Source: Enoplolaimus lenunculus
Lineage: Eukaryota
Direction: 5' to 3'
DNA length: 64,000 nt
Assembly: GCA_030248215.1 (NCBI GenBank)
Contig: JASANG010003711.1
Location: 186,001-250,000 of the forward strand
Under the pieces are notes generated by a model. That model was not told the DNA's origin, ran no database searches, and worked only from the letters and a program-made list of their open reading frames with translations. This document shows, piece after piece, positions 26,005 through 38,128 of this stretch (positions within the stretch are counted from its first letter, which is position 1; every line of letters starts with the position of its first letter). The position numbers and the translations under genes were made by a program.

Positions 26005-26923
26005 TATTTCTAAAATGTTTGTCTTATATTTCAGAAATATTTTTATAGTTGTGCATAGAACAAACTCTGAAATAAAAGACTTTATGTGTCAAACTCTGAA
26101 ATAAAAGACATTTATGTGTGAATATTTTTAAAACAATTTCCGAAAAATTTAGGAAATACAAGTCTTGTATTCAAGACATATATGTTTGGAGTCTGTACCA
26201 AGATATAATTGTCTTAAATTTCAGACAATATTTCATGAATACAAGACAATTTATTTTATGTGTAGGTTTTCAAACTGATAAACTCCTGCAATTGCGAAAC
26301 TCAAAATCAGCACAACAGTAGGACAAACAAAACGTTAAAAATGTGCTGAGTTTCGAGCCTCACAGGTTACTAATTTAAAAGCTACAAGACCTATCATCAA
26401 ATGGTAATAGCTACTGCAGACATTTGACAGTACGAGATTTAGAACAAAATAATTAAGTTTTTGACAAGATTAATAAAATATTTTGCCTGTATTTTGCTTC
26501 AAACTTTTTTGGCTTTTAAAGTGAACGCAAAACATTTAGGCTGTTAAAGGCTAAGCCTACGGATATTTTCTTATTGACTATGGCTTTCGGTATAATCTAA
26601 TTTTATACGTAATATAATACTTTCACTGCCGCAGTCACAGCACGCCTATTTGTAATGGAGCCGCGTGCACCTTGGGGAACCCACCAACATCGACCTGCCC
26701 TGTGATTTGAAAAGCCTTTTAATTATTGCGCTAATTCAAGCTTAACTGGCTTATCACTCGCTTGTTTTGCGACTTTTTTCCGCCATTATATAGCCGCACT
26801 TATACCCCTGTTTTTTGTATTAGTTGCTGTACCAGTGGCTGCTACCTTTACAAAAAGGTTTCACCTCACAGGCAGGATCGGCTCGAACAGCTAAAAAGTA
26901 GCCGCGAGTATTTTTCGACTAAC

Positions 26924-27029
26924 CTCGAATCCATTGAGAACGATCAATTTCTGAGGCACATGAATATATTCTACGCATACCTGCGTCGTTTTGAAGACTG
27001 AATGAATAGTTTGGTAGGCTGTCGTCAGG
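26924..27029 (-). CDS. SWAP70/DEF6-like protein, exon 3 (PH domain C-terminal half, PDDSLPNYSFSLQNDAGMRRIYSCASEIDRSQWIR)
   Basis: TTTTAG acceptor and G|GTTAGT donor. Contains the invariant Trp of the PH C-terminal helix. Confidence 0.8.
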
Positions 27030-27139
27030 CTAAAATAAGAATGCAGTAAACTGTGTTAAGTGATTCATTTTGCTGCTGAAACTGCTTGTTTTATGGATAA
27101 ATTCAGACTAACGCTAAATTTTGCGTATGGAGGTGTATT

Positions 27140-27507
27140 GGCTTGGTTTCCGAAATCTTACTTAAGTATTTACGTAAGTTATGCTTAAGTAATTTTACTT
27201 ACACTGACTTAAAGAAAATACTTAACTTTTTGAACAGATACAAATAAATGCCAAAATTGAACCAGTGCCATAACCAGGAAGCTTTAATTTTTCTTTGTAT
27301 TAAGACGCACTTTCAGTCTACTATCTCAGTTACACCAAGGTTAAAACACCTAAACTGACAGTCTGTAACCACATCAAAATTGGTCAGCGATTTAAGTATT
27401 AACTTAACTTAACAGTACGCTTTTATAAACGGTAAATTGGCTGAGTAAATGCTTAGCACATACTTAAGTATGAACTCGTACTTAAGTAAGATTTCAAAAT
27501 CCCAACC
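27140..27507. mobile_element. MITE with ACTTAAGT subrepeats and 3-bp TSD
   Basis: TIR GGCTTGGTTTCCGAAATCTTACTTAAGTA/TACTTAAGTAAGATTTCAAAATCCCAACC and TSD ATT/ATT. A related interrupted copy lies at 50816-52218. Confidence 0.8.
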
Positions 27508-27670
27508 ATTATATAAAAAACAATTTTTTTTCGATCTCTAAAATCCAGAAGGTTATTCTGAATCGTGTTCAATGTGCTTTTTTCATGTCTCCTCAGAAAT
27601 ATTAAACTGAAATATACCTCGTAACATAACAAAGTGGCTCTGAAACGTTTAAAATGCAGCGTTAAATTAC

Positions 27671-27835
27671 CTCACACACGGTCGTCTCATCGAGAACAAT
27701 ATGATCGGTAACAACACTGGTTTGTGTTTTTGTTGAATAATGTAACATTCGTCCAGGTAACACAACGCACCAATGTTTGCTGGGCCTTTGAATTTGGGTT
27801 AGGCGTTTATTGGCTGAGCGCTTGTGTAAATGACC
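27671..27835 (-). CDS. SWAP70/DEF6-like protein, exon 2 (PH domain N-terminal half, GHLHKRS...KHWCVVLPGRMLHY...IVLDETTVCE)
   Basis: TTTTTAG acceptor, GAG|GTAATT donor, 55 codons. Parallels SWAP70 GYMMKKG...RWFVLKP..ISYY...ILLDENCCVE. Confidence 0.85.
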
Positions 27836-28739
27836 CTAAAAATAAATAATTTGCGCTTTAAAATAGTTTACTAAACATTGCCGTGTTTAATTGACCAATT
27901 GCTAATTCACTTACACATAAACATAAATCACTATGTGCTTCCTGATATTAATTTCAAAATCAAAATTATATATCAAGATTTTATGCTAAACTTGTGTACT
28001 GTGTCTCGTTTGCTTCGTTCGCGAGGAAGGTGTTATCCCCACTTTGATGGTAACGGTGGTGAGCCCTTGTGTTCCGCGACCGTTTCACTCCCAAATTTTA
28101 AATTTTTGAATGTTTGTTTTTTGAAATTCTGCATACTCGATGCTTGGATAGAAATAATTATACATAGCAAGCTCAGTATTTTATTTACCGTTTGATGCAG
28201 CTGGCTGCATTGATCCACCTTGGTAGTTTTATGTTTCTAAGTACCAACTTGGTACTTAGAAACATAAAATATTTCAAAAATTATAGTGCCAAATTTTTAA
28301 AATCAGACCATTTTCGGTCACGCGCCAGCTCGAAGAATAGCTGGAAAGATTGTATCTGTTGGTATACGCGGTGTACCGTGTGATGTGTAGAATGTGTAAT
28401 GTTAAGACACATACTAACTCGTGCACATATAGCACGTGAGAAAATTATGATATTGGACGCCAGTATCTCTGCATAATTAACAACACATTGTGTCAAAAAC
28501 AAACTTAATGACTATGGACGTACTACTTCAAGTGGGTTTGATTAGCTGATGACTAAACAAACCAGTTTTAGGGCACCAGTTAAATCAGGATCCGCAACCC
28601 GGCATTTATGACGTCCTAACTGTTCTTTGTCCGCAGCTGTCGACTTCACGAACGCAACGACCGGTAGGCCGAACACAATTTTAGTGCTAAACCGGAATGC
28701 AAAGGTTTGGTTTTGTAGCGTCCCGGTGTATATGCTTAC

Positions 28740-29486
28740 TTTTTTATAGACTTGATGAATGACTGAATCGTATACTTCGCCGACAGCTTCTTCAAAAACA
28801 CTCTTGTTAACATTTAATGTTTCTTCGATTGTACGAAGCACTTGTTTGAACGTATACCACCCATCTTGAGGATATGCCCACGTCGCACAGGTGCTATCAT
28901 CTTTGCCCGGAGGGATTGAGCTCGAACTTCGATGTAGCATAAAATTAGGGCTCGACTCCAGTTGACCCAGCAACGATCTACACGACGGTAGCAGACCATT
29001 GGTGCTGCGCTCGGGTATTTCACAGTCTAACTTGGTGCTGTTCGAGCTTGACTCACATGTCAACAACCACTCGGAAAACAGAACACATTGGCTGTTGAAT
29101 ATTGTTGCTTGAAAATATCGCAACAAAAGTTGTAGTTCATCGGAATGCATTGCAAGTTGTCGTTTCATTGAGTTGAATGAAGATTCACTGGTGACAGAGA
29201 TTGCAACTGATTCGCGGTCGCAGCGAACTGGGCTAAACGAACGAGTTGAAATAATCGACGCTGAACTGATTTTAGTGGAAAATAGTAAAAAAACACGGTA
29301 AAGCTTTTGAATAGTTGCGTTCGATATTAGCTTATCGACAGCTTTTGTATAATCACAAAATGACACGTCACCGTTAAATGTTAAGGATTGTGTATCAAAC
29401 AAATTATGATCATTGCAAGTTACGGATGTGGAATTGAGAACGCTAGTGTTCACTGCTGTCGGGGATGATTCTCGCCTTGTCGTCAT
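28740..29486 (-). CDS. SWAP70/DEF6-like protein, exon 1 (N-terminal region up to ...EEAVGEVYDSVIHQVYKK)
   Basis: Long ORF with donor AAA|GTAAGC at 28739. Motifs KLYRVFLLF, DELQLLLRY and AVGEVYDSVIHQVYKK resemble the SWAP70 pre-PH region. The frame is open back to an acceptor ~30 nt upstream, so an earlier coding exon is possible. Confidence 0.8.
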
Positions 29487-31466
29487 GGTTTTTGAAACAT
29501 GGATTAATATTAATTCTAAAATGAGGAAAAAAAACTGTTTTTTGACAATTTCTTTATAAATAATACTGTTCTAAAAATGTAATGAGAATACTAAAATAGA
29601 CAATAGCGTATGCTTTGCACTTTAAAAGTGTTTCGCGAGTAACAACTAAATGTTTTATCCGCGTGATACAAATATTTAACCCCGGGTATACGCGCAACGT
29701 GAAATTTTTTACTTGACCTGCGGGCAGCCGCGAGTAACGTCCCACTGTGCCAGCTCACAAAAACTGCTCAAACGACAAATTATCAGTTGTGACCACAGTA
29801 CACACTGGTGGATTATTTCGCGTATACAATTAGAGCAGTGTTGGTTAGCTCTTGAATTGTGTTATGATTATTGAATTTGATAGCTGTGCTTGATTTGCAG
29901 ATGAAGTTTATTCAGCAATTATCGTCAGCTCGTAAGCGGGCCTCTAACTTGCAAACCTTTTTTTGCACTCCATTCACGTATTCTTTAAAAGATTTTGAAC
30001 TTTCATTGTTACAAAATGGCGATTGGTGTACAGATACTTAAAGGATATACAGTCCTAAAAGTAAATGATAACAAAGCAAATGACCTTAGATACCCTTTTT
30101 AGTTTTAGCTAAGTTTGTGCAAATGAGCAAATAAATGTTGCAATCGACTTATATGCCGTGAAAAAATAAAACAGCTGATGAAAGGACTGGAATCATACCT
30201 TTAGTAGGACTCACTAGCGGATGCAGAGGCGTCAGAAAATTTTTTGTGATAAAATGATGAGGTCCCTGACCTTACAACTTTTAGCAGATATATAGCGTAG
30301 GATAAAAATCGCGTTTCAGGGCTTTTGCCATCCCGTTTTCCTTCCGTCAGAAATTTCACGATCCGACGCTGCTGGAATCATACCTTAGCTGGCACCAGTT
30401 TTACCCTTCAAGGTTTTTCCACTAAGCATCGGTGAAAAATGATAAAAATAGTTTCGAACATCATCGCCAACTCTAACAGATTTGGCTACAGTCGACGAAT
30501 CTAATTTTTTCTGCTTTAAATCAAAACAAATTTAAAAATCAAAAAATCTTTTCAATCGATCAAATGAAATCTACGATAAACTGGCCTATAGATTTACGCT
30601 GTAAAAAAATAAAACACAGCTGATTCACAGCTGGAAATACAAAGTATTTGACGTTTTTTTTTTAAATTTAAAAAAACGAACGTTTTTACTGTTAAACCAG
30701 AAGAAAAAAAATCAAAAAAGCATTTAATACCTGTAAAATTGAAATGCAACTACTCTGAAAATTTATTTTTACAGTTTTCACTAATGGATTCGAAGTCACA
30801 AATATTATTTGTGCTACAAAATTTTCCCTAAGACTCAAACTATTTGCAGCGAATTTTAACAAGCAAATCGAGCGACCAGAGGGTATTTGTTAATAAAACT
30901 CTATTAGAGGCAGTATTTATGCATTTAAATTTTTGTATTTTAAGTTTATTTTATATTCTTTCGTTAAGTTAACATAGACACGACTGTGTATGACAGAAAA
31001 TGCTAAAATGTAATACTTTCATGCTATTTTAACGGGTCAAATGTGATTAGACCGCCGATTTTCAAAGTTACCCACAAAAATGTATTGAAACTTGGCGGCT
31101 TAACTGAAGCACACCGAAAATTAAATAGTGAAAATTAAATCTAGCAGCAGTATTTGTCAGCCCACCCCCCGTGAGAAAGGTTTGGATCCGCCTTTGTCCA
31201 GCAGTACTCAACAGCATATTTTCTGTCATACCAGAGAGTACACTTCTCCGCATAAGCATAAATCTAAGCACAAGCTTTAGCCAAGGCCTAATGCCTAGAC
31301 CAAGGCTTAACTCTAAGCCTGAGTATGCCAACATTAAAAAATTTCAAAAATTGTGGGAAAAACACAAAGTACAAGGCATAATTAAACTTCCCTCTAGAAA
31401 TTCGCCAGGAAATATTCCAAGACTAAACTATTACTTGGCCAATCAGAAAAAAGTATTCGCATCAAG

Positions 31467-31638
31467 TAACCATTAACAAGGCGTATACTTGCAGCAGAGA
31501 AAGAATTACGCTGTGGGCTAGCCCAAGTTGCAATTCCACCCTGGAGTAGCCCAATTCGGAATTGGGCTGAATTACGGCTTGGGCTAGCCCACAGAGTAAT
31601 TCTTTCTCTGCTACAAGTGTACGCCTTGTGATTGGTTA
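31467..31638. repeat. Foldback inverted repeat with ~60-bp arms; partial second copy at 31800-31885
   Basis: ACAAGGCGTATACTTGCAGCAGAGAAAGAATTACGCTGTGGGCTAGCCCAAG pairs with its near-perfect reverse complement at 31578-31630. Confidence 0.85.
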
Positions 31639-34229
31639 ACTGCTGTACTCGAATACGATTAGGTAATGTAAATACTCTTTTGTATTGGCCAGGTAATCGT
31701 CAAGTACCTGTTGGCTACCAAGCAGTTTGTTTTCCTAACCAAATTTGCCGCTATCAAGTAACCAATCAGAAAACACACAGGTTTATCAAATATGATTCCG
31801 CCTTGGGCTAGCCCAAGTCATACTTCCACTCTGCTCTGGAATAGCCCAATTCGGAATTAGGCTGAATTAAGGCTTGGGCTAAGACATATATACTCCTGCC
31901 GCAAGCAGGTGAATTCGAGAGTTCAAGCTGTTTGACCAAATCGTGGAAAATTTCAACTATGAATTTTCGTGTTTTCTTAAGCGAGTTAAACAAAATTCCT
32001 CCATAGCTGAGCCGACGCCTGTATCTTAGAGTCAACCTTTTCGATTGATCTCAACAAGATTTATTCGTTCAGATTTTTATTTGGGACGGTAACCAATGGG
32101 GCCAGGGGGGAGCTCAGCCCTATTACAAAAATTAAAGTCCCTTAGAAAGTTTTCAACCTTGCTTGTAAAGTCAACGAAAATTCTCGATGCCCATCTCGAA
32201 ATTTTTTAGCCCCCTAGCAAGGTGAGCTGACTACGAGCATGCACGAACTCTTGATGTTCAACAAAGACTACACTCAAAATAGTATTTCTGACATTTAAGA
32301 AAAAATTTCTTACATTTAGAAATATGATTAGCAATGTGCACTTGAAAATTATTTCTGTTATAACAGAAGTTTTCAAAAAAGTTTTGAAATAAAGTTTGAA
32401 AATAAACGTTTTCTAGTTCTTTTTTAGAAAAATTGTCTTAAATATCAGAAAAACTTTATAGATTTGCAACAGAAAATACTTTTCTGTAGAAATTCAGAAA
32501 TTATTTTTGTGTGTAAATTTATTGTTCGTTATTTGGCGTTGGAGTGGAAAAATAGTCGCGAAACATTCTAATAAGCCACATCACAAAAAGGTATTAGCGA
32601 CACAGAAAAAAGTTATAAAATCAATTTTCAAAATTTAAAACCCCAATTTATAAACAGCTGAAGTTCAGATATTTCTCTCTTGTGTTTTATACCAGCATTT
32701 TGCGTCAGTATCTGTTGAATCACAATACGAGCAAAACTGTTTTAAATTTTTAGGAAAAGTTTTTTGATTAACAGTAAAAATTCGACTATACTTGGAACAA
32801 CCAGTTTTGTAAAGCGTTTACCTAAACCATAAAACAAGTTACCAAAATTAAGCATACATTGACGTGCTGCAATAGGGCTCAATGCCGGATCCAAGCTAGC
32901 AACCAAGACCCGCAACAGAAATGAAACCAAAATTTTGTACTACATTTTGTACTGAATTTACGTTCGACTTGTCGGCCAATGAATAGATCACTGCCGCAGC
33001 AATAGTATAAGCATATAAACATTAAAATAATCCTGAGGTTAAACGTAAACGCAAGGAAAAGTCTATATCGAAGATTAAAAGGCCAAAGATTAAGCAAAAA
33101 ATAGTCTAACGCATACACTTGAACCAGGATCCACCACTACCCAGGTTCCGAGGGTTCAAGTGGGTTATATATCGCGATTCAAAGATCCAAAATTGTTTCT
33201 GCCAAAATAAAATAGTATAAATTTAGGCGATCTTGTAACCAACGCTTAAACATAAACAAATTTGCAAATTTTAAACGCCAGTTTCGTTTAATCATTGAAG
33301 TTTTACTACATAAATTTGAACTTTCACCACCTGAACTGAAGATAAGCTCAGGAAATAAGTCCGTCTGCTATATAACTACATTATTGTCATAGTTCACGAA
33401 AAGCAAGCATGAAACGAAACAAAATATGCCACGCTTTTATGGAAGAGTTTTGGTTTTCCAAACAAAATATGTTGTCAAAGCACAAAGTATTATTTCACCA
33501 GGGAACAACATATCAAATATCCCCCGGACCTCTAAACTGGATACATACAACAGCGGTTTAATTTTAGCGTTTCTAAAACTGTGATTGGTATACGGCAGTG
33601 GTTGATTTCATATCAATATGCAAAACACAGTTTTGACTGTTTACCCAAACGCGAATCGTGTTTGTTTTGGGCAAAAATGTACAGATGTGGCAAACAAACC
33701 TGGATATGGTTCTTAATTGCAACGAGTCTATGATTAGTCGAAGGATAACCAAACTTTATCACACTTTTGGCTTTTTGTACTTGACCAATAAAGTAATTTC
33801 TGGACATCAAAGTAACCAGTATTATGATGTGGATTTCGTTGTAAAAACATTTCGAGGGTGGATTTGTTGCGGTAAAACAAAAGATTTTGGTTCTAAAAAC
33901 CAAGCTACATTGCCTAGACCCCTTCGAATTAGAAGTTCTTGCTAAGCATCAGAGCGGGGTCGTATGAGGGGGCAAGGGACCAACTGCCTTCTCCATGAAC
34001 CTCTTGTCCACATTTCCTCCTAGTACAAAAATTTTTCTACAGCGTCGAAAGAATTCTGCATGACGAAAATTTTTCCGCCCGCCACCGGCCTCTGTAAATA
34101 CTGTTGCTCCCTCTACCAAGTCTGCCAAGTTGTGGGTGCGAGGCTGAAATGAATCAGTATCATACAGAATTGATTGATATTCATACCGACCGGAAACTTT
34201 AGGAGCTGTCTAAAACCAATAAAAACAAA

Positions 34230-37200
34230 CCTTCCGGCGTTATAAAACGCGAGTGCCAAAATTTCTATTTCATGGTTAAACCATTTCTCGTTCCGCCACA
34301 AGAGGAATAATGTCACGCTTTTGTCTAACGAGAGTTTGTTTTCTAGCTTCTCGCGTTCAAGTTTTGAATCCGCCTTTAATTAAACGGTTAAGACAGTTTG
34401 CATGATCAAACCAAAAATCTTTTCCTGATCCACAAATAGAATTTTAGAAGGATTGTATGGATTAATATCACGGAAAACTTTATGACAAGCGAGGAGAATA
34501 TTGGTTTACCGCTAGCACAATGAAGCTATTGTATAACCTGTTAAATGTGATTTTTCTTGCCTTTTCACAAAATGTCAAATGGAGACATATCCGCTCGATC
34601 CTCTTCATGTAGTAAACGCTTGTTTTTGACACTCAAAAATATGTAAAGTCGAGTTGTTAAAGAAAACACCACCAGTTTTGCTGTTTTCAATGCGGCGTTT
34701 TCAGTGTCAAACATTTATAAACACTAAATGTAACAGTTGCAAGCAAACTAAAATTCAACTCATTTATCAAAACTGCTGATTTCTCACAATGTTTCACGAC
34801 AACTGTGGATTTTTGAAAAAAAAAACTGACAAAAATCATATGACCACAAACGATGATGTAGGTACTAGGTTGTCCTGGTAAAGTTGGTGGTATTAAAGAA
34901 GTGATAATGCATAAAGTGAGTTAATATTGACTCACGTGCAGCGAAAGCGTAATAAACAAGCTTAAGTTCGTCTTGAAAACAAATTCACCGTGAGCGGGCA
35001 CGGAGCCCAGGGGGGAGCCAGGGGCGCTCAGCCCACCCCTGGAAAATTTTTGGGCCCCGTAGAAAATTTTAAACATTGCTTGTAAGTCATTGTAAACCCT
35101 TGAATGTCCCTACTTAAAGTTTTTCAGCCTCCCCCCCCCCGCTAGCAAGGTGAGCTGGCTACGGGTCTGACCGCGAGGTAAACGACTTATAACAGTTAAA
35201 TCTGTTGGTTTTAGAATTTATCTACACATTTGTTTCGACCACTGTAAAACCCAAATGCGGAATTTGTTCTACAGTGCATATATCTATATTATTAAAGCTA
35301 GAACGCCCCACCTACGTAACTAGGAGGCGTAAGGTAAACTTCCTAAACGTTTTTTCCTGTTTGTGACATTTGAACGCTGGACAGTGCTCTAAACTGTGTC
35401 ACTGCAAAGCTTAACCAGTTTGACAAAGCCTGTGTCCAATGTGTCGTCAATAAATCTCCCTTCCATGCGCATTAAAAGGCATACGCCAACATCTATTTTA
35501 TCCAACTTAAGCTCATTGGTTAAAGTAGTTAAAACTGGTAGAACGGAAAACATAGAGCGTCAACATTTGTCCTAAAACTTGTAACATAGAAATACTTACA
35601 ATTTCATAATGGCATTATTCTGTATTTGAAACATATTGGAGAAGAGCCACAAGCGAATACAGTGGTCACCGATCGAGGGCGGTGGCAAAAAGACAAATGG
35701 TTTTACTCGAGCAGGTCAGCATGCCTGGGGGTTGAAAGGCTGAGGATGCACAGAAACAAAACGATTGCAGGCGACTTACAAGTGACACAATCAGTGTCAC
35801 CCGGTGACTGAAAAATTTTTCCAACTGTATTAGATGAAGTTGGTGTTAGGAATATGTTCCGAGCCGTCTATGGAAATCTGTTTGTCTCCTCTAATTACAA
35901 TTCCTGGTTTATATTCCTTGTTTAGGTTAACACATTTTAGGCTGGGCAAACGTTTTCTTTTGGGCTTTGAGCACCCCTGATCGCATCACGTTACAAGTCT
36001 GGTACTTTTCAATAATTATTGCGCAAGATGCTCAAATTTAGCGTGAAAACGGCTTAAAATGAAGCCTAAAATGCAGGTATTTATTTTGTATTTAAATTCA
36101 TTAGCATGCCGCTTGCTGTGCCAGAGCAGGTATAGGCTGGGGACTCCCTCCAAATTCCAGGGTGCGCACCCTCAAAGCAGGAGAGGATTTATGTTTTTTC
36201 GGTAATCCCAGGTTGGCGGAACGGTCCTACCAAACTTAGCTATGAAGATATGTTGCGAAAATAAAACAATTTTGGTAAGTTACAAAACAGCTGATCTATG
36301 GAAAAGGTTGATGCAATCTACACTTGTTTTGAACCAATTGCAGAAGGCACGCGGCGCGCCCAAGCCTTTCATTATCACTGCCTTTAAATTTCAGTTATCG
36401 GCGTGCAGTGTGTAACCGGATATTCGTTTCAGTTTACGCTTCCGGTTAAAATCAGTGTCCGTTTCCGTTTCCGTTATTTTTACTATCCGTTTATTCCCAG
36501 GGGCGTAGCCATGATTTCATTTCCTGAGCGTATAACGTTAACGAAAAGTTTTCGGCGAGCGAGCACAGCGGGCGGGATATGGTATTTATTCTTAAGTCAT
36601 ATATTCCTGAATCCGATAATCACGACAAAAGCAAAATAGTGAACTAAAATCCGCGAGCGAAGCGAGCAAGAAGCCAAAAACAGCTCAAACTGTATCGAGT
36701 TTTGTTTGAACTGGCTAGGGTTGGGCCCCCCTCGTGTTGCGGAACCACCTCAATTGGAGGGTTTGGGGTGGCATCTATATTTATACACTGTAACATGCTT
36801 AGGCTTACACGTAGGTTTAGGCATAGGCTTAGGTTTAGGCGTGTACTTAGTGTTACGCTCCGATTTGTTTTGAGTGGGGGAACTTTGTGCGGGGGCGAGT
36901 AAACAAGTACTAAGAAATTGCAGACGTTCCAAAGCATCGAATCTGCATCAACTGCAGTACGTAAATTTTGCAACAAAACTAAGCATTGAATCTTATTATA
37001 TCGTGCAGAGGGCCGCCATAAACGACACACAATTTTCGATAAACCCCATTGGGCCTGTTCAAACGACACAGTGCTTCGGTAAATTGTGTTTCAGGCCTCG
37101 ATAACCAACTCGGGTTTCTCGCAACGTCTTTTACTTCTGCCCTGCTCCAGTCTTAGCAAAACCTTACGCGATTCGTTGAATCCATCGGTTCATAGCGTAA

Positions 37201-38128
37201 ACTTGGGTATCGCATTTTGTTTTCGCAAACCACCTCCCAAAACGCAAGACAATTATCAATAAAATTTCAAATAAATAAAAGCTGTTCGCGAAAATATTTT
37301 GATGGTAGGCAAATATTAAAGCAGAGGACAGAAAATTTATAGGCAGGTACAATATGCAAACTTTTTCGCTAAAACAATTGAATAAACGTCGGAAATCAAC
37401 ATTGCACCACCTGTGTGCAACACTGAGAGGAGTAATTTCTCATAATATGGCTCCGATATACATAGGGCCATAGCCAGCCCACGTTGCTAGGGGTCAGCTA
37501 AAACTTTTTCTATAGGCGCATACAAGGGTTTTCGTTGACTTATAAGCAAGATTAAAAAATTTCCTGAGTGGGGCAAAAAAATTTTAAGGAAGGGCTGAGC
37601 CCCCCTGCCCCCCCATTTTGGCTACGGGCCTAGATAGACATCGTACAACCAATAAACAAAAAACTATATACATTTGCAATTCGTAAACGTTTCGACAAAT
37701 TTGCCAAAAAAATTTCTATGTGTACACCACCAATTTGCAAATTTCTGTATTTCAAGTCTATGGATAAACAGGTGTAACTGCTAGTCACAAACCAAAACAA
37801 TTCTTATTGGCTTGGTCGAAATTGGCAAAAATTCGCGTTAATACTTCAAGTTAGGGTGATTTTCAGAAAAAAACGAAGAGTCTAACTTTCCCGGTCCGTT
37901 CCAATTCATCAAAAAATAACTTGTAAAATTTCACGCCTTTTGCTGATTTTTACACAATCCGGTGGCATAAACATCGACACAACTGTAGTAGTCGGGCGAG
38001 TGAGTGCCATCGACGCTTCCTGCAAACATCTCCCCGTGGCCTGAACAAATTTCGAAAATTCTGTTGAAAACAAATTTTCCCTGCCCCTTTATGGATCTCA
38101 CTGCTTCATCTTCGACTACTAAATATTT
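34230..38128 (-). pseudogene. Tentative degraded poly(A)-polymerase-like (Pol beta superfamily) nucleotidyltransferase pseudogene in three segments (~37860-38128, ~35340-35571, ~34230-34715)
   Basis: Hand translation gives colinear motifs MFAGSVDGTHSPDYYSCVDVYA, KFYKLFFDELERTGKVRL, RSMFSVLPVLTTLTNELKLDKIDVGV, ALKTAKLV and HLTGYTIASLC..LLACHKVF. There are several stops and at least one frameshift. Confidence 0.4.

Noticed and set aside
26951..26980. Apparent 30-nt GT..AG micro-intron in SWAP70-like exon 3
   Set aside because: It is in frame and open, and it supplies the last PH beta-strand, so it was kept as coding.
28542..28739. C-terminal 65 aa of the 314-aa ORF
   Set aside because: This is read-through into an intron. 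A strong GTAAGC donor at 28739 joins in frame to the PH-domain exon.
33613..33945. ORFs on both strands, one weakly resembling the SWAP70-like N-terminus (ITKLYHTF)
   Set aside because: The match is only a few residues, there is an upstream in-frame stop, and no supporting exons were found.
36950..37260. Coding-like minus-strand stretch (IDNCLAFWEVVCENKMRYPSL...)
   Set aside because: It contains stops. The resemblance to the hAT dimerisation or BACK motifs is too weak to assign.
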